Assembly: GCA_963674595.2 (NCBI GenBank) | Contig: CAXXFV010000026.1 | Span: forward strand, 103,623 to 167,622 | DNA from: a bacterium | GTDB lineage: Bacteria; Zhuqueibacterota; Zhuqueibacteria; Residuimicrobiales; Krinioviventaceae | Length of the DNA stretch: 64,000 nt | Direction of reading: 5' to 3' | Shown: in pieces, positions 46,931 through 55,996 of the stretch | Layout of the letters: the number at the start of each line of letters is the position of its first letter | Position numbering within the stretch: the first letter of the stretch is position 1 | Made by a program: the position numbers and the translations under genes | Notes under the pieces: model-generated | Database searches by the model: none | What the model saw: the letters and a program-made list of their open reading frames with translations, nothing else | Told to the model about the DNA's origin: nothing

Positions 46931-47764
46931 ATGTCCGTTTCCAAAATTACCGATTTTAACAAACTCTGTATCCATACCATTACAACCAAACAATGGGACA
47001 TTGAAACAATTATAAACAAATATTCCGCAGCCGGTATTAAAGGCGTTTCAATTTGGCGGCAATGGCTGGAGGGAAGAAACCCCCAAAAAATTAAAAACAT
47101 GATGGCTGATAATGACCTGACCGCTGTTTCCCTGGTCCGTGGCGGATTTTTTCCTGCCCCGGATAAAGCCGGGCGACAGGCGGCAATTGATGAAAATAAA
47201 AAATGTGTTGACGAAGCGGCTGCTGTCGGCGCGCCCATGATTGTGCTCGTGTGCGGCGCTGTTCCGGGAATGTCTTTGACCGAAGCACGACAGCAGATTA
47301 AAGACGGCATTCAGGCGGTTTTGCCCTATGCAAAAGAAGCCGGTGTAAAACTGGCCATTGAGCCGCTGCACCCCATGTATGCCGGCGACCGTTCGGCTGT
47401 TAATACCATGAAACAGGCAAATGACATGTGTGATGCCATTGATGACACTCATATTGGTGTGGCCGTTGATGTTTATCATGTCTGGTGGGATTCCGAGTTG
47501 CAGCAGGAAATCAAACGCTGCGGCGAGTCCGGCAATCTTTTTGCGTTTCATATTTGCGACTGGCGCACCCCCACAGTGGACATGCTGAACGACCGTGGTT
47601 TAATGGGCGAAGGCTGCATCAACATTCCGGAAATTCGCGGCTGGGTGGAAGAGACCGGTTTTAACGGATTTAACGAAGTAGAAATATTTTCAAACCGGTG
47701 GTGGCAGGCAGACCCGGATGAGTTTTTAAAAGCCATTCAGGACGCCTATTTACAGCATTCATAA
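46931..47764 (+). CDS. Sugar phosphate isomerase/epimerase (xylose isomerase-like TIM barrel)
   Basis: 'LAIEPLHPMYA', 'VDVYHVWWD', 'FHICDW', 'DRGLMGEG', 'EVEIF'. Confidence 0.92.
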   Translation: MSVSKITDFNKLCIHTITTKQWDIETIINKYSAAGIKGVSIWRQWLEGRNPQKIKNMMADNDLTAVSLVRGGFFPAPDKAGRQAAIDENKKCVDEAAAVGAPMIVLVCGAVPGMSLTEARQQIKDGIQAVLPYAKEAGVKLAIEPLHPMYAGDRSAVNTMKQANDMCDAIDDTHIGVAVDVYHVWWDSELQQEIKRCGESGNLFAFHICDWRTPTVDMLNDRGLMGEGCINIPEIRGWVEETGFNGFNEVEIFSNRWWQADPDEFLKAIQDAYLQHS

Positions 47765-47896
47765 AGGCATATATAACTAATATCATAAAAAATATATTAG
47801 GTGTTTGTAAAATAAATTCATATATTACCCAGTTTTAAATCGTTTATCGTTCAACAGAGCGAATTAAACCTGAAATACAAAGAGAAAGGATCTCTT

Positions 47897-48922
47897 ATGA
47901 AAAATGCAATGATCGCGTTGATCAGTGCAGTCATGCTGATAGCGGCATGCAGTGATAAAAAACCACAGCCAAAGTATCAACCAGGAACACCGGAATATGC
48001 ATTTTTTGAAAAGGTCGCTGAAAAAGTTCCTGTACTCAATCCAAATGAAAATAATGTACTGGTCTCGACCTCAGAGTTTTCTGTGTATATCAGTGATGTC
48101 GCGCAGCCTCTGTATCAAACATTTAGACGATTTGAACAAAATATCGAAACCATTCCTGTAAACAATGTGACAGATTTTTTAAAACAATTTTCCACCCAAA
48201 AAGCAGAACGTGAATTGATGCTTCTTGCAGCAAATAAGAGCAACATAACCGTTCCTCAAGATTCTTTGACCAAACGTCTGGTAGAAATTTATACCCGTTT
48301 TGGCGGTGAGGATAAATTTGTTGAATATTTGGCAAAACAAGGTTTGGACCTCGAATTTGTTAAAAAAGATGTTAAAGAATCATCTATTATTCAAAAATAT
48401 CTTCAAGATGTTGTTTTTAATGTTGACGACAATATCTCTGATGAAGAATTAAAAGAAGCCTATGATAAAGACAAAACCGCATCGGTTCGCCATATCCTTT
48501 TCAAGACCCAGGGCAAATCAGACACTGAAAAAGAAGAAATTCGTCAAAAAGCTGAAAAAGTTTTAGCAGAAGCAAAAGATGGGAAAGACTTTGCCGGATT
48601 GGCTAAAGAGTATTCTGAAGATCCCGGCTCAAAAGACAATGGCGGTCTTTATGAAGATTTTGAAAGAGGAAGAATGGTTAAACCTTTTAACGATGCTTCT
48701 TTTTCTTTGCCGATTGGCGCTATCAGTGATTTGGTTGAAACTCAGTTTGGTTTTCACATTATAAAAATTATTGATCGTAAAAAAGAAACAAGACCTTTTG
48801 ACGAAGTTAAGGACGAATTGAAAAACAGTGTATCTGCTTTGAAAAAATCTGATGCCTATACCAACGCTGTGGAGTCGTTAAAAGAAGAGTATAAATATAC
48901 TGAACATTTTGAAAATCTCTAG
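47897..48922 (+). CDS. PpiC-type peptidyl-prolyl isomerase lipoprotein (PrsA/SurA-like)
   Basis: Lipobox IAAC; 'VRHILF', 'DFAGLAKEYSEDPGSKDNGG', 'MVKPFNDASFSL..ISDLVETQFGFHII'. Confidence 0.93.
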   Translation: MKNAMIALISAVMLIAACSDKKPQPKYQPGTPEYAFFEKVAEKVPVLNPNENNVLVSTSEFSVYISDVAQPLYQTFRRFEQNIETIPVNNVTDFLKQFSTQKAERELMLLAANKSNITVPQDSLTKRLVEIYTRFGGEDKFVEYLAKQGLDLEFVKKDVKESSIIQKYLQDVVFNVDDNISDEELKEAYDKDKTASVRHILFKTQGKSDTEKEEIRQKAEKVLAEAKDGKDFAGLAKEYSEDPGSKDNGGLYEDFERGRMVKPFNDASFSLPIGAISDLVETQFGFHIIKIIDRKKETRPFDEVKDELKNSVSALKKSDAYTNAVESLKEEYKYTEHFENL

Positions 48923-48927
48923 ATTTT

Positions 48928-48956
48928 AAGCCGGAATTTTTTCCGGCTTTTTTTTT
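48928..48956 (+). terminator. Intrinsic terminator
   Basis: AAGCCGGAA-TTTT-TTCCGGCTT followed by a T-run right after the PPIase stop. Confidence 0.85.
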
Positions 48957-49185
48957 ATAACCTGGTGGCCTGGTGCAAGTATAAAACATCTTGCACCAGG
49001 CCGAAATTTTTTATATCTTATATTACCTTCATTCGGAAGTGGGTTTCTGGAATACGGTTCCGAATTTCTCTCAAGACTATTTTCGTAAAACCCCACAAAC
49101 AGACTCGTCCTTCAGTGATTACCACATATTAAGTTTATGTCATGTTTTTTTTAATCAAATGTCAATTTTTAGAAAGGAGACAACG

Positions 49186-50649
49186 ATGCGAATTAACAGA
49201 CAAAATTACTTTTTACTTCCGGTCCTTGTTATATTGCTGGCCGGCCTGTTGGTATGCGCCAAAAAGGACCAAAAAATTCCCATTACAACCTCTTCAAAGG
49301 AAGCAAAGCAAGCCTATTTACAGGGAAGGGACCTGGCTGAAAAACTTCGCAATCAGGATGCGCGGCCTTATTTCCTGGCTGCTATGGATAAAGATCCAGA
49401 CTTTGCTCTTGCTCACCTCGGAATTTTACAGGCAGCTATCAGTGCAAAAGAGTTTTTCAATCATTTAAACAAAGCTGTAGCCTTGGCTGACAAGGTGTCG
49501 GAAGGTGAACGATTGATGATTGAAACGTTTAAAGCCGGTGTTGACGGGTTCCCTGTTTTGGCAAAAGAAAAAGGCAAAAAACTGGTGCAGCTTTACCCCC
49601 GCGATGAACGGGCACATAACCTGCTCGGTGGATTATATTTTGGAACCCAAGAGTGGGAGGAGGCGATTGCAGAATATCAAAAAGCTATTGCCATAAATCC
49701 GGAGTTCAGTTCGCCCTATAATCAGCTTGGCTATGCTTATCGTTTTTTAGGACAATATGATCAGGCCAAACAGACGTTCAAGAAATACATTGAACTTATC
49801 CCGGATGATCCGAATCCCTACGACTCTTATGCCGAATTGCTGTTAAAAATGGGTGAATATGATTCTTCTATTGAGCAATACCGAAAAGCACTAGATGTTG
49901 ACTCACAATTTGTCGCTTCCCACATCGGAATTGCAACCAATCTTAATTATATGGAAAAACATGATCAGGCCCTGGAAGAACTTGACGTTCTCTATAACAT
50001 GGCCCGCAATGACGGCGAACGCGGTGCTGCCTTGTTTGCCATGGCGGTTTCCTATGTTGATGCCGGAGATATGGAGATGGCCATTGCCACATTGAAAAAA
50101 CAATTGGACCTGGATAAAAAAAATAACGATGTTTTTTCCATATCTGTTGATCTGGATAATGAAGCGGATGTTTTGATGGAATGGGGCGCTGTCGACAAGG
50201 CTGAAGAGCTTTACAACGACTCTTATAACCTTGTTATGAATTCGAAACTTTCCGAACAGGTTAAAGAGAATAAAAAAATCGGTAATTTGTTTGACCAGGC
50301 AAATATTCTGGCAAAGAGAAAAGAATTTGCAGCCGCAGAAGCCAAAGCAGACGAGTATTTAAAAGCGGTAACAGAGCGAAATAATAAAAATTTAATTCGG
50401 GTTGCTCATCAATTATATGGTATAATTGCCCTTGATAAGAAGGATTATGATATGGCTTTGCAGGAACTGGAAAAGTCAAATTTACTGAACCCGTACAATT
50501 TGTATCGAATGGGGCTGGCTTTTAAACACAGTGACAATGTTGAAAACGCCAAAGAGTATTTTAAAAAGGCCGCCAACTTTAATGCTTTAAATAGTTTAAA
50601 TCAGGCTTTTATCCGTCAGAAAGCAAATAAAATGCTGGAAGGAATGTAA
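49186..50649 (+). CDS. Exported tetratricopeptide-repeat protein
   Basis: AAGGAG RBS before ATG 49186; signal peptide; TPRs 'AHNLLGGLY..AIAEYQKAIAINP..PYNQLGYAY'. Confidence 0.88.
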   Translation: MRINRQNYFLLPVLVILLAGLLVCAKKDQKIPITTSSKEAKQAYLQGRDLAEKLRNQDARPYFLAAMDKDPDFALAHLGILQAAISAKEFFNHLNKAVALADKVSEGERLMIETFKAGVDGFPVLAKEKGKKLVQLYPRDERAHNLLGGLYFGTQEWEEAIAEYQKAIAINPEFSSPYNQLGYAYRFLGQYDQAKQTFKKYIELIPDDPNPYDSYAELLLKMGEYDSSIEQYRKALDVDSQFVASHIGIATNLNYMEKHDQALEELDVLYNMARNDGERGAALFAMAVSYVDAGDMEMAIATLKKQLDLDKKNNDVFSISVDLDNEADVLMEWGAVDKAEELYNDSYNLVMNSKLSEQVKENKKIGNLFDQANILAKRKEFAAAEAKADEYLKAVTERNNKNLIRVAHQLYGIIALDKKDYDMALQELEKSNLLNPYNLYRMGLAFKHSDNVENAKEYFKKAANFNALNSLNQAFIRQKANKMLEGM

Positions 50650-50705
50650 ATTTTTAACGGGGGTATTTTTTTACAGGGGGGATTTTTTTAAATTCTGGTT
50701 TTATA

Positions 50706-51596
50706 TTACTTTGGGTTGTTTTTTTGTTTATTTTGTAAAATTTCTGCATATTCTTCTGGAAAATGTTCCTGCATACAATCCGGACAAATGCCGTGACTAA
50801 AATGCGCATCGGAATGTTGTTTGACATATACATCAAGCTGTTCCCAGTAACCGTCGTCGTCACGGATTTTTTTACAAAAAGAACAAATCGGCAATATTCC
50901 CCTCAGGGTTTTTACTTCCGCCAACGTGTGTTCGAGTTTGGATACGGTTTCCTGCAAATTTTTGACAATCGGATTGGTTATTTTGAAAAACAAGCCTACA
51001 CCCAGTATTATGGCTATAATCGCAATAACAGAACTTGCAATCATTGCTTTAATAAACGGCGTTCTTATTTCCGAGAGATCAATTTTTGCAACAATGCCCA
51101 GGTTTAATACCTTAACCGGTTCATATGCTGCCAGCACTTTTTCACCCCGATAATCCATGCCGATAATGGTTCCGGATTTACCGGAAAGCGCCAGCCGCAT
51201 GGGTTCTGCCAAATCAGAGTCCCAGGGAACAGGTTTTGGTTCGTTAAGATCATAATGACGGTGACTGAGCAGAAAAACGATATGGTCACCTTTTTTTGAT
51301 GAAAGTGTAAATTCTCCGGTTTCGCCGAATCCTTTATATTTTGAATGGGCTTCTTTAATCTGGTCAAGTGTTGCCTGTCTCGACCCCAGCGGGTAATCGT
51401 TGCTGTACATTTTATCAAATCGTGCAACCGCCTCAATCAGCCGCGCCTGGCTTATGGCCACTTCACTTAACCGGGCCCTTTCTTCTTCAATTGCCGTTAT
51501 GTAAAGCGTTCGGATTGTGAAAGCTTCAACAGCTATAACGATTAACGACATTATTAAAATCAGTAATAAAATTCTTTTTTTTGGATTTGGGGCCAT
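50706..51596 (-). CDS. Membrane sensor: Cache-like domain plus C-terminal Cys/His 'LPICS.CKKIRDD.GYW..FSHGICP.C' domain
   Basis: TM - 'ALSGKSGTIIGMDYRGEKVLAAYEPV' - TM - short coiled coil - CxxC..H..CxxC domain; no kinase or cyclase domain. Confidence 0.8.
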   Translation of the reverse strand: MAPNPKKRILLLILIMSLIVIAVEAFTIRTLYITAIEEERARLSEVAISQARLIEAVARFDKMYSNDYPLGSRQATLDQIKEAHSKYKGFGETGEFTLSSKKGDHIVFLLSHRHYDLNEPKPVPWDSDLAEPMRLALSGKSGTIIGMDYRGEKVLAAYEPVKVLNLGIVAKIDLSEIRTPFIKAMIASSVIAIIAIILGVGLFFKITNPIVKNLQETVSKLEHTLAEVKTLRGILPICSFCKKIRDDDGYWEQLDVYVKQHSDAHFSHGICPDCMQEHFPEEYAEILQNKQKNNPK

Positions 51597-51889
51597 AACT
51601 TGCTTTACCATTATTAAATATGAACGATTTTATTTAATATTTGTAAAGGTTATACGTTTTAATATAAGATATAGTTGCCATGAAAACTGTATTTTTTTTA
51701 TAAAAATTCCGGTTTTGTCACATTTTTATAAAAATACAGCCGTGCACATTTTTATCATAAGCTATAATATAATTTACGTGTTATGGTAATAGTTTATTTT
51801 AAAATTTATTGAACCATTTAAAGCAGGGCCCTAAAAATTGTTTTTGTCCCGCTTTGCATGGTCTTGGCAGTACGCGGTAGAAAGCTTTT

Positions 51890-52768
51890 TCACATCAAAA
51901 TCTGGTTTGGGATGGAGTGGTTTTCATCCTGTGCCAGGTATTTTTCCAGTACCGGTGTTACGTGAAACGTTTGTTGAAGCTGTTTGTACTCTTGTTCAAG
52001 CTGCTGCCGGTTGTGTATCTGCCATTTTTGCGCTCTTACCAGGATATTTTTTTCCGTATATCGAGAGGACACAAATTCCAGAATGTCAACCTTGTAACCC
52101 TGCATTTCCAAAAGCAGAGCGCGGAGCGTGTCGCCGATTATATAGATCAGCTTTTCTTTAAACACCCTGTGTCGTGTTATGCCGGTGTAGGGGTGGCGTC
52201 TTAGCTGCTTTCGGATTGTATGTTGACAGCAGGAGACGGAAAAAATATGTTTTGCCTTGTTTTTAAGGCCCAACAGCAGGGTTTTGTCTGTGGCTGTATC
52301 ACAGGCATGAAGGCTGTAAACAACATCAACCGGTCCGTTGTGGACATAGTCGGCAATGTCACAGGCATGAAAATGCATGTCATGAAAACCCAGTGATTCG
52401 GCAATGTTACTGTTTTTCTGCATCAGGTTTTTGTTAATATCCAGACAGTGGATTTTGATGGGTCTGTTATCAATGTTTTTGTAATAATAATAAATTAAAA
52501 AACTAAGATAACAGTTACCGGCCCCGCTTTCAATAAGCACCAGTTTTCGCTTTTTGGAATAAGAGCGGATCTGTGCGTGTATTGTTTCCAGGTAGGCAAG
52601 AATTTGTCCGATTTTTGCGGATTTATCATTAATTGCCTGCTGCGGATCGGCTTTAAGTTTAAATGTTTCAAAAAAATTATATAACGTTTTTTGTTCATCA
52701 TGTTGAATAAGCATGGGATTCTCCATATCATACAATAGAAGGCAAGCTGTGTCAACAATGATGGACAT
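51890..52768 (-). CDS. SAM-dependent methyltransferase (Methyltransf_32-like)
   Basis: 'IESGAGNCYLSF', 'SLHACDTATD', 'SCCQH', 'YTEKNIL'; true start may be the downstream ATG (MENPM). Confidence 0.88.
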   Translation of the reverse strand: MSIIVDTACLLLYDMENPMLIQHDEQKTLYNFFETFKLKADPQQAINDKSAKIGQILAYLETIHAQIRSYSKKRKLVLIESGAGNCYLSFLIYYYYKNIDNRPIKIHCLDINKNLMQKNSNIAESLGFHDMHFHACDIADYVHNGPVDVVYSLHACDTATDKTLLLGLKNKAKHIFSVSCCQHTIRKQLRRHPYTGITRHRVFKEKLIYIIGDTLRALLLEMQGYKVDILEFVSSRYTEKNILVRAQKWQIHNRQQLEQEYKQLQQTFHVTPVLEKYLAQDENHSIPNQILM

Positions 52769-53159
52769 GTTGATTAAGAATTAATACAATAAAAATATAA
52801 TGTTATAAAGGATTTTTGAGATAGGATGAATGCACCCTCTCTGTAGATCGTCCTGTACAAATAGACACACCTCACCTTTGGATTAAAAAGTGAGTTATTT
52901 GAAAATATGTTACAGGTTTTTCTACAGCTCCAGTCTGACATTTAGGTCTTAGCCAAACCGGACAGGCGCCTCCATGTATAAAGAAGAACGTTGAATTGTT
53001 TGTTAATTTTACCAAGTAATATACTATTTTTAAAATATTATAACAAGTTAATTTATTATAAAAATTTGGTTTTACCTGGCGATTAGATTTTTTATATTAT
53101 ATTATTCAGCCGGTTTGTGTTGTCGGAATTTATTAAATGTTAGGATTTTTATACCCCTG

Positions 53160-54299
53160 ATGCCTGTGAACGACAAAAACAAAAAATTAAAAATATTAAT
53201 GATTGGTCCGGCGCTCCCGCAATTGGGAGGCATGGAGGCCAGTGTTTCTGCTTTGTTAGAGTCCGGCCTTAGAGACAAGTTTGATCTTGTTCATCACAAT
53301 ATTTCCAAATTCAAATCTAAAAATAAAAACACCCGAATCGCAACCGGATATGCTGCCGCATATAAAAGACCAATTTCAGTTTCGGCTAAAAGTTATCTGT
53401 TTTCGCTGTGGTTTTATGTGCTGTATCTTTTTCGGTTGTGTTTTTGCCGTATTGATATTGTTCATATCCATACAAGCTCCTATACGTCCTATTGGGAAAA
53501 GCTTGTGTATATATATGTGGCCCGTTTTTTACGAAAAAAGGTCATTTTACACATTCACGGTGGCATGTTTTATTCTTTTTATGAAAAAAGCCGTCCATTG
53601 TTTAAACGGCTGATAAAACATTCCATGTCGGTTTGTCAGGGTGTTATTGTTCTTTCTGAACAGTGGAAGTTGTTTTTTCAAACAATCATACCGAATGATA
53701 AATTACATGTTTTGCCGAATGGAGTCCATGCAAATGATATACCTGAGTTGCTTAAATTTCCCATACCAACGGGATTGTTTATGGGGCAAATTATTGAAAG
53801 CAAAGGTGTATATGATCTTTTGGACGCGGCTGAGCTTTTAAAGGACCGGGTAAGGACTTTTCAATTGCTTTTAGCAGGCGCCGGTCCTTTGGAACAAACG
53901 GATCAGGAAATAAAAAATAGAAATTTGGAAAATTATGTGAAATTACTTGGCCCGCAAACGGGTTACGCTAAAAACGAATTATTCGGCACCAGTCATTTTT
54001 ATGTTTTGCCGTCTCATGCAGAAGGTTTGCCGATATCAATTATAGAGGCCTATTCTGCCGGGCTGCCGGTAATTGCTACGGATGTCGGTGGTATTCCGGA
54101 TTTGTTAAAGGACAACGTAAACGGATTACTGATACCGGCACATAACCCGGAACGGCTGGCACAGGCGATTCAGGAGTTGATTGAAAATCCCGAACTTTGT
54201 AAAGAAATATCGAAAAATAACCGTGAAATCGCTTTGGAAAAGTATGATATTAATGTCATTGCAACGTCTTTGGCGGAAATTTACATGGAACTAAAGTAA
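53160..54299 (+). CDS. Glycosyltransferase family 4
   Basis: 'PQLGGM', 'LHIHGG', 'VLPNGV', 'KGVYDLL', 'LPSHAEGLPISIIEA..ATDVGGIPD'. Confidence 0.92.
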   Translation: MPVNDKNKKLKILMIGPALPQLGGMEASVSALLESGLRDKFDLVHHNISKFKSKNKNTRIATGYAAAYKRPISVSAKSYLFSLWFYVLYLFRLCFCRIDIVHIHTSSYTSYWEKLVYIYVARFLRKKVILHIHGGMFYSFYEKSRPLFKRLIKHSMSVCQGVIVLSEQWKLFFQTIIPNDKLHVLPNGVHANDIPELLKFPIPTGLFMGQIIESKGVYDLLDAAELLKDRVRTFQLLLAGAGPLEQTDQEIKNRNLENYVKLLGPQTGYAKNELFGTSHFYVLPSHAEGLPISIIEAYSAGLPVIATDVGGIPDLLKDNVNGLLIPAHNPERLAQAIQELIENPELCKEISKNNREIALEKYDINVIATSLAEIYMELK

Positions 54300-54309
54300 C
54301 TGGAGTGTT

Positions 54310-54705
54310 TTTTGAACACAAAGAGCACAAAGGTTTTTAAAAGTTTTGCGCACTCGGTGCCTCTGCGTTTGAGGTTAAATTATTAGGTGAGATGATTTTT
54401 TTTTAACGCAAAGGTCGCAGAGACCGCAGAGGACCGCAGAGATATAGAAAGTATGATCGTACAAGGGTTCCTGCCCTTGTACGGATTAAAAGAAGGGCTT
54501 TGCCCTTTAAGGCCGGATCAATTGTTTTTTAACACAAAGAGCACAATGGACGTTTCGCTTGTGCTGTGGAGGTATATAAGGTTTTTGCAGTCATTATGAA
54601 CTTGTTTACAAGTAGCGGCAAAGGTCACAAAGGTTTTTAAAACCTCTGCGTTTGAGATTGTTTGTTTAGTGAAATATATATCTTTAAACGCAATGGCGAG
54701 TAGAG
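54310..54705. repeat. Cluster of degenerate 'AACGCAAAG..GCAGAG / CTCTGCGTT' inverted mini-repeats and short palindromes
   Basis: AACACAAAGAGCACAA twice, CACAAAGGTTTTTAAAA twice, CCTCTGCGTTTGAG twice, GACCGCAGAG tandem, and palindrome CGTACAAGGG-N6-CCCTTGTACG (54458-54483). Confidence 0.7.
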
Positions 54706-54922
54706 AGGTGAATAACAGAAAACAACGTATTTCAAAAGTAATTTTAAAAAATAAAATAACCGCTTGAAAGTAATGATAAAAATCGCTAAATTGTCTGGAT
54801 TAATTTGATAACAATGTTAAAAATGATAAACTATCCCCAATGCAACGCCTTGCTCAAGTATTGGGGATTTTCACAATAATCAGGATACGTATATTTTTTT
54901 AGAAATAAAGGTATAACAAAGA

Positions 54923-55996
54923 ATGGAACAACGAAAAATTAAAGCCCGTTTAGAACTTGAAGATGGTTCTGTTTTTCAGGGATATTCATTTGGTGCTCAA
55001 AGAACCATTGCCGGTGAAGTTGTTTTTAATACCAGCATGGTCGGGTACCCGGAAAGCCTGACAGATCCATCATATCATGGTCAAATTCTCGTCCTGACCT
55101 ACCCATTTATCGGCAACTATGGTGTACCTGAATCAAAAATTATCGATGGTCTTGAAATGTGGTATGAGTCAAATCGTATCCAGATTCAGGGCTTGATTGT
55201 ATCGGAATATTCTTATGATTACAGCCACTGGAACGCAAAAAAGAGTTTGTCCCAATGGCTAATCGAACACCATGTGCCGGCCCTTTATGGTATCGATACC
55301 CGAATGCTGACAAAAATTCTTCGTGACGAAGGAAGCATGCTGGGACGAATGCTGTTTTTTAATCAGGAAATTCCATTTACTGATCCCAATAAATCAAACC
55401 TGGTCGCCAAGGTTAGTGTCGCTACACCGGTTGAATATGGCAACGGCGACAAAAAGGTCATCCTTGTTGACTGCGGCGCCAAGGACAATATTATAAGAAG
55501 TCTGATTCAAAGAAATATAACGGTCAAACGCGTACCCTGGAATTATGACTTTACCAACGAAGACTATGACGGTGTTATGATCTCCAACGGTCCCGGCGAC
55601 CCAAAAATGTGTACGGAAACAATCAACATAATACGAAAACTATTTCAAGATGATAAACCGGTATTCGGCATCTGCATGGGAAACCAGATTTTGTCCCTGG
55701 CTGCCGGAGCGGATACTTATAAATTAAAATTTGGTCACAGAAGTCAAAATCAACCATGCGTGGAAGTGGGAACAAAAAGATGTTATATCACTTCTCAAAA
55801 TCACGGTTTTGCGGTTGACGGACGCACATTACAAGATGGTTGGGAACCCTGGTTTGTAAATGCCAATGACGGAACAAATGAAGGCATCCGCCACGTATCC
55901 AAACCCTTTATGAGTGTTCAGTTTCATCCTGAGGCATCCCCGGGACCGGTAGATACAGCCATACTTTTTGATGATTTTCAAAGGATTTTAGCATGA
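54923..55996 (+). CDS. carA: Carbamoyl-phosphate synthase small subunit
   Basis: 'GEVVFNTSMVGYPESLTDPSY', 'SNGPGDP', 'GICMGNQ', 'SQNHGF', 'VQFHPEA'. Confidence 0.97.
   Translation: MEQRKIKARLELEDGSVFQGYSFGAQRTIAGEVVFNTSMVGYPESLTDPSYHGQILVLTYPFIGNYGVPESKIIDGLEMWYESNRIQIQGLIVSEYSYDYSHWNAKKSLSQWLIEHHVPALYGIDTRMLTKILRDEGSMLGRMLFFNQEIPFTDPNKSNLVAKVSVATPVEYGNGDKKVILVDCGAKDNIIRSLIQRNITVKRVPWNYDFTNEDYDGVMISNGPGDPKMCTETINIIRKLFQDDKPVFGICMGNQILSLAAGADTYKLKFGHRSQNQPCVEVGTKRCYITSQNHGFAVDGRTLQDGWEPWFVNANDGTNEGIRHVSKPFMSVQFHPEASPGPVDTAILFDDFQRILA

Noticed and set aside
52790-53110. Riboswitch upstream of the methyltransferase
   Set aside because: Only a weak hairpin (CTCAC..GTGAG); no recognisable SAM, c-di-GMP or cobalamin consensus.
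54830-54875. PyrR-type attenuator before carA
   Set aside because: A hairpin ATCCCCAAT..ATTGGGGAT exists, but no PyrR-binding consensus or antiterminator is evident.
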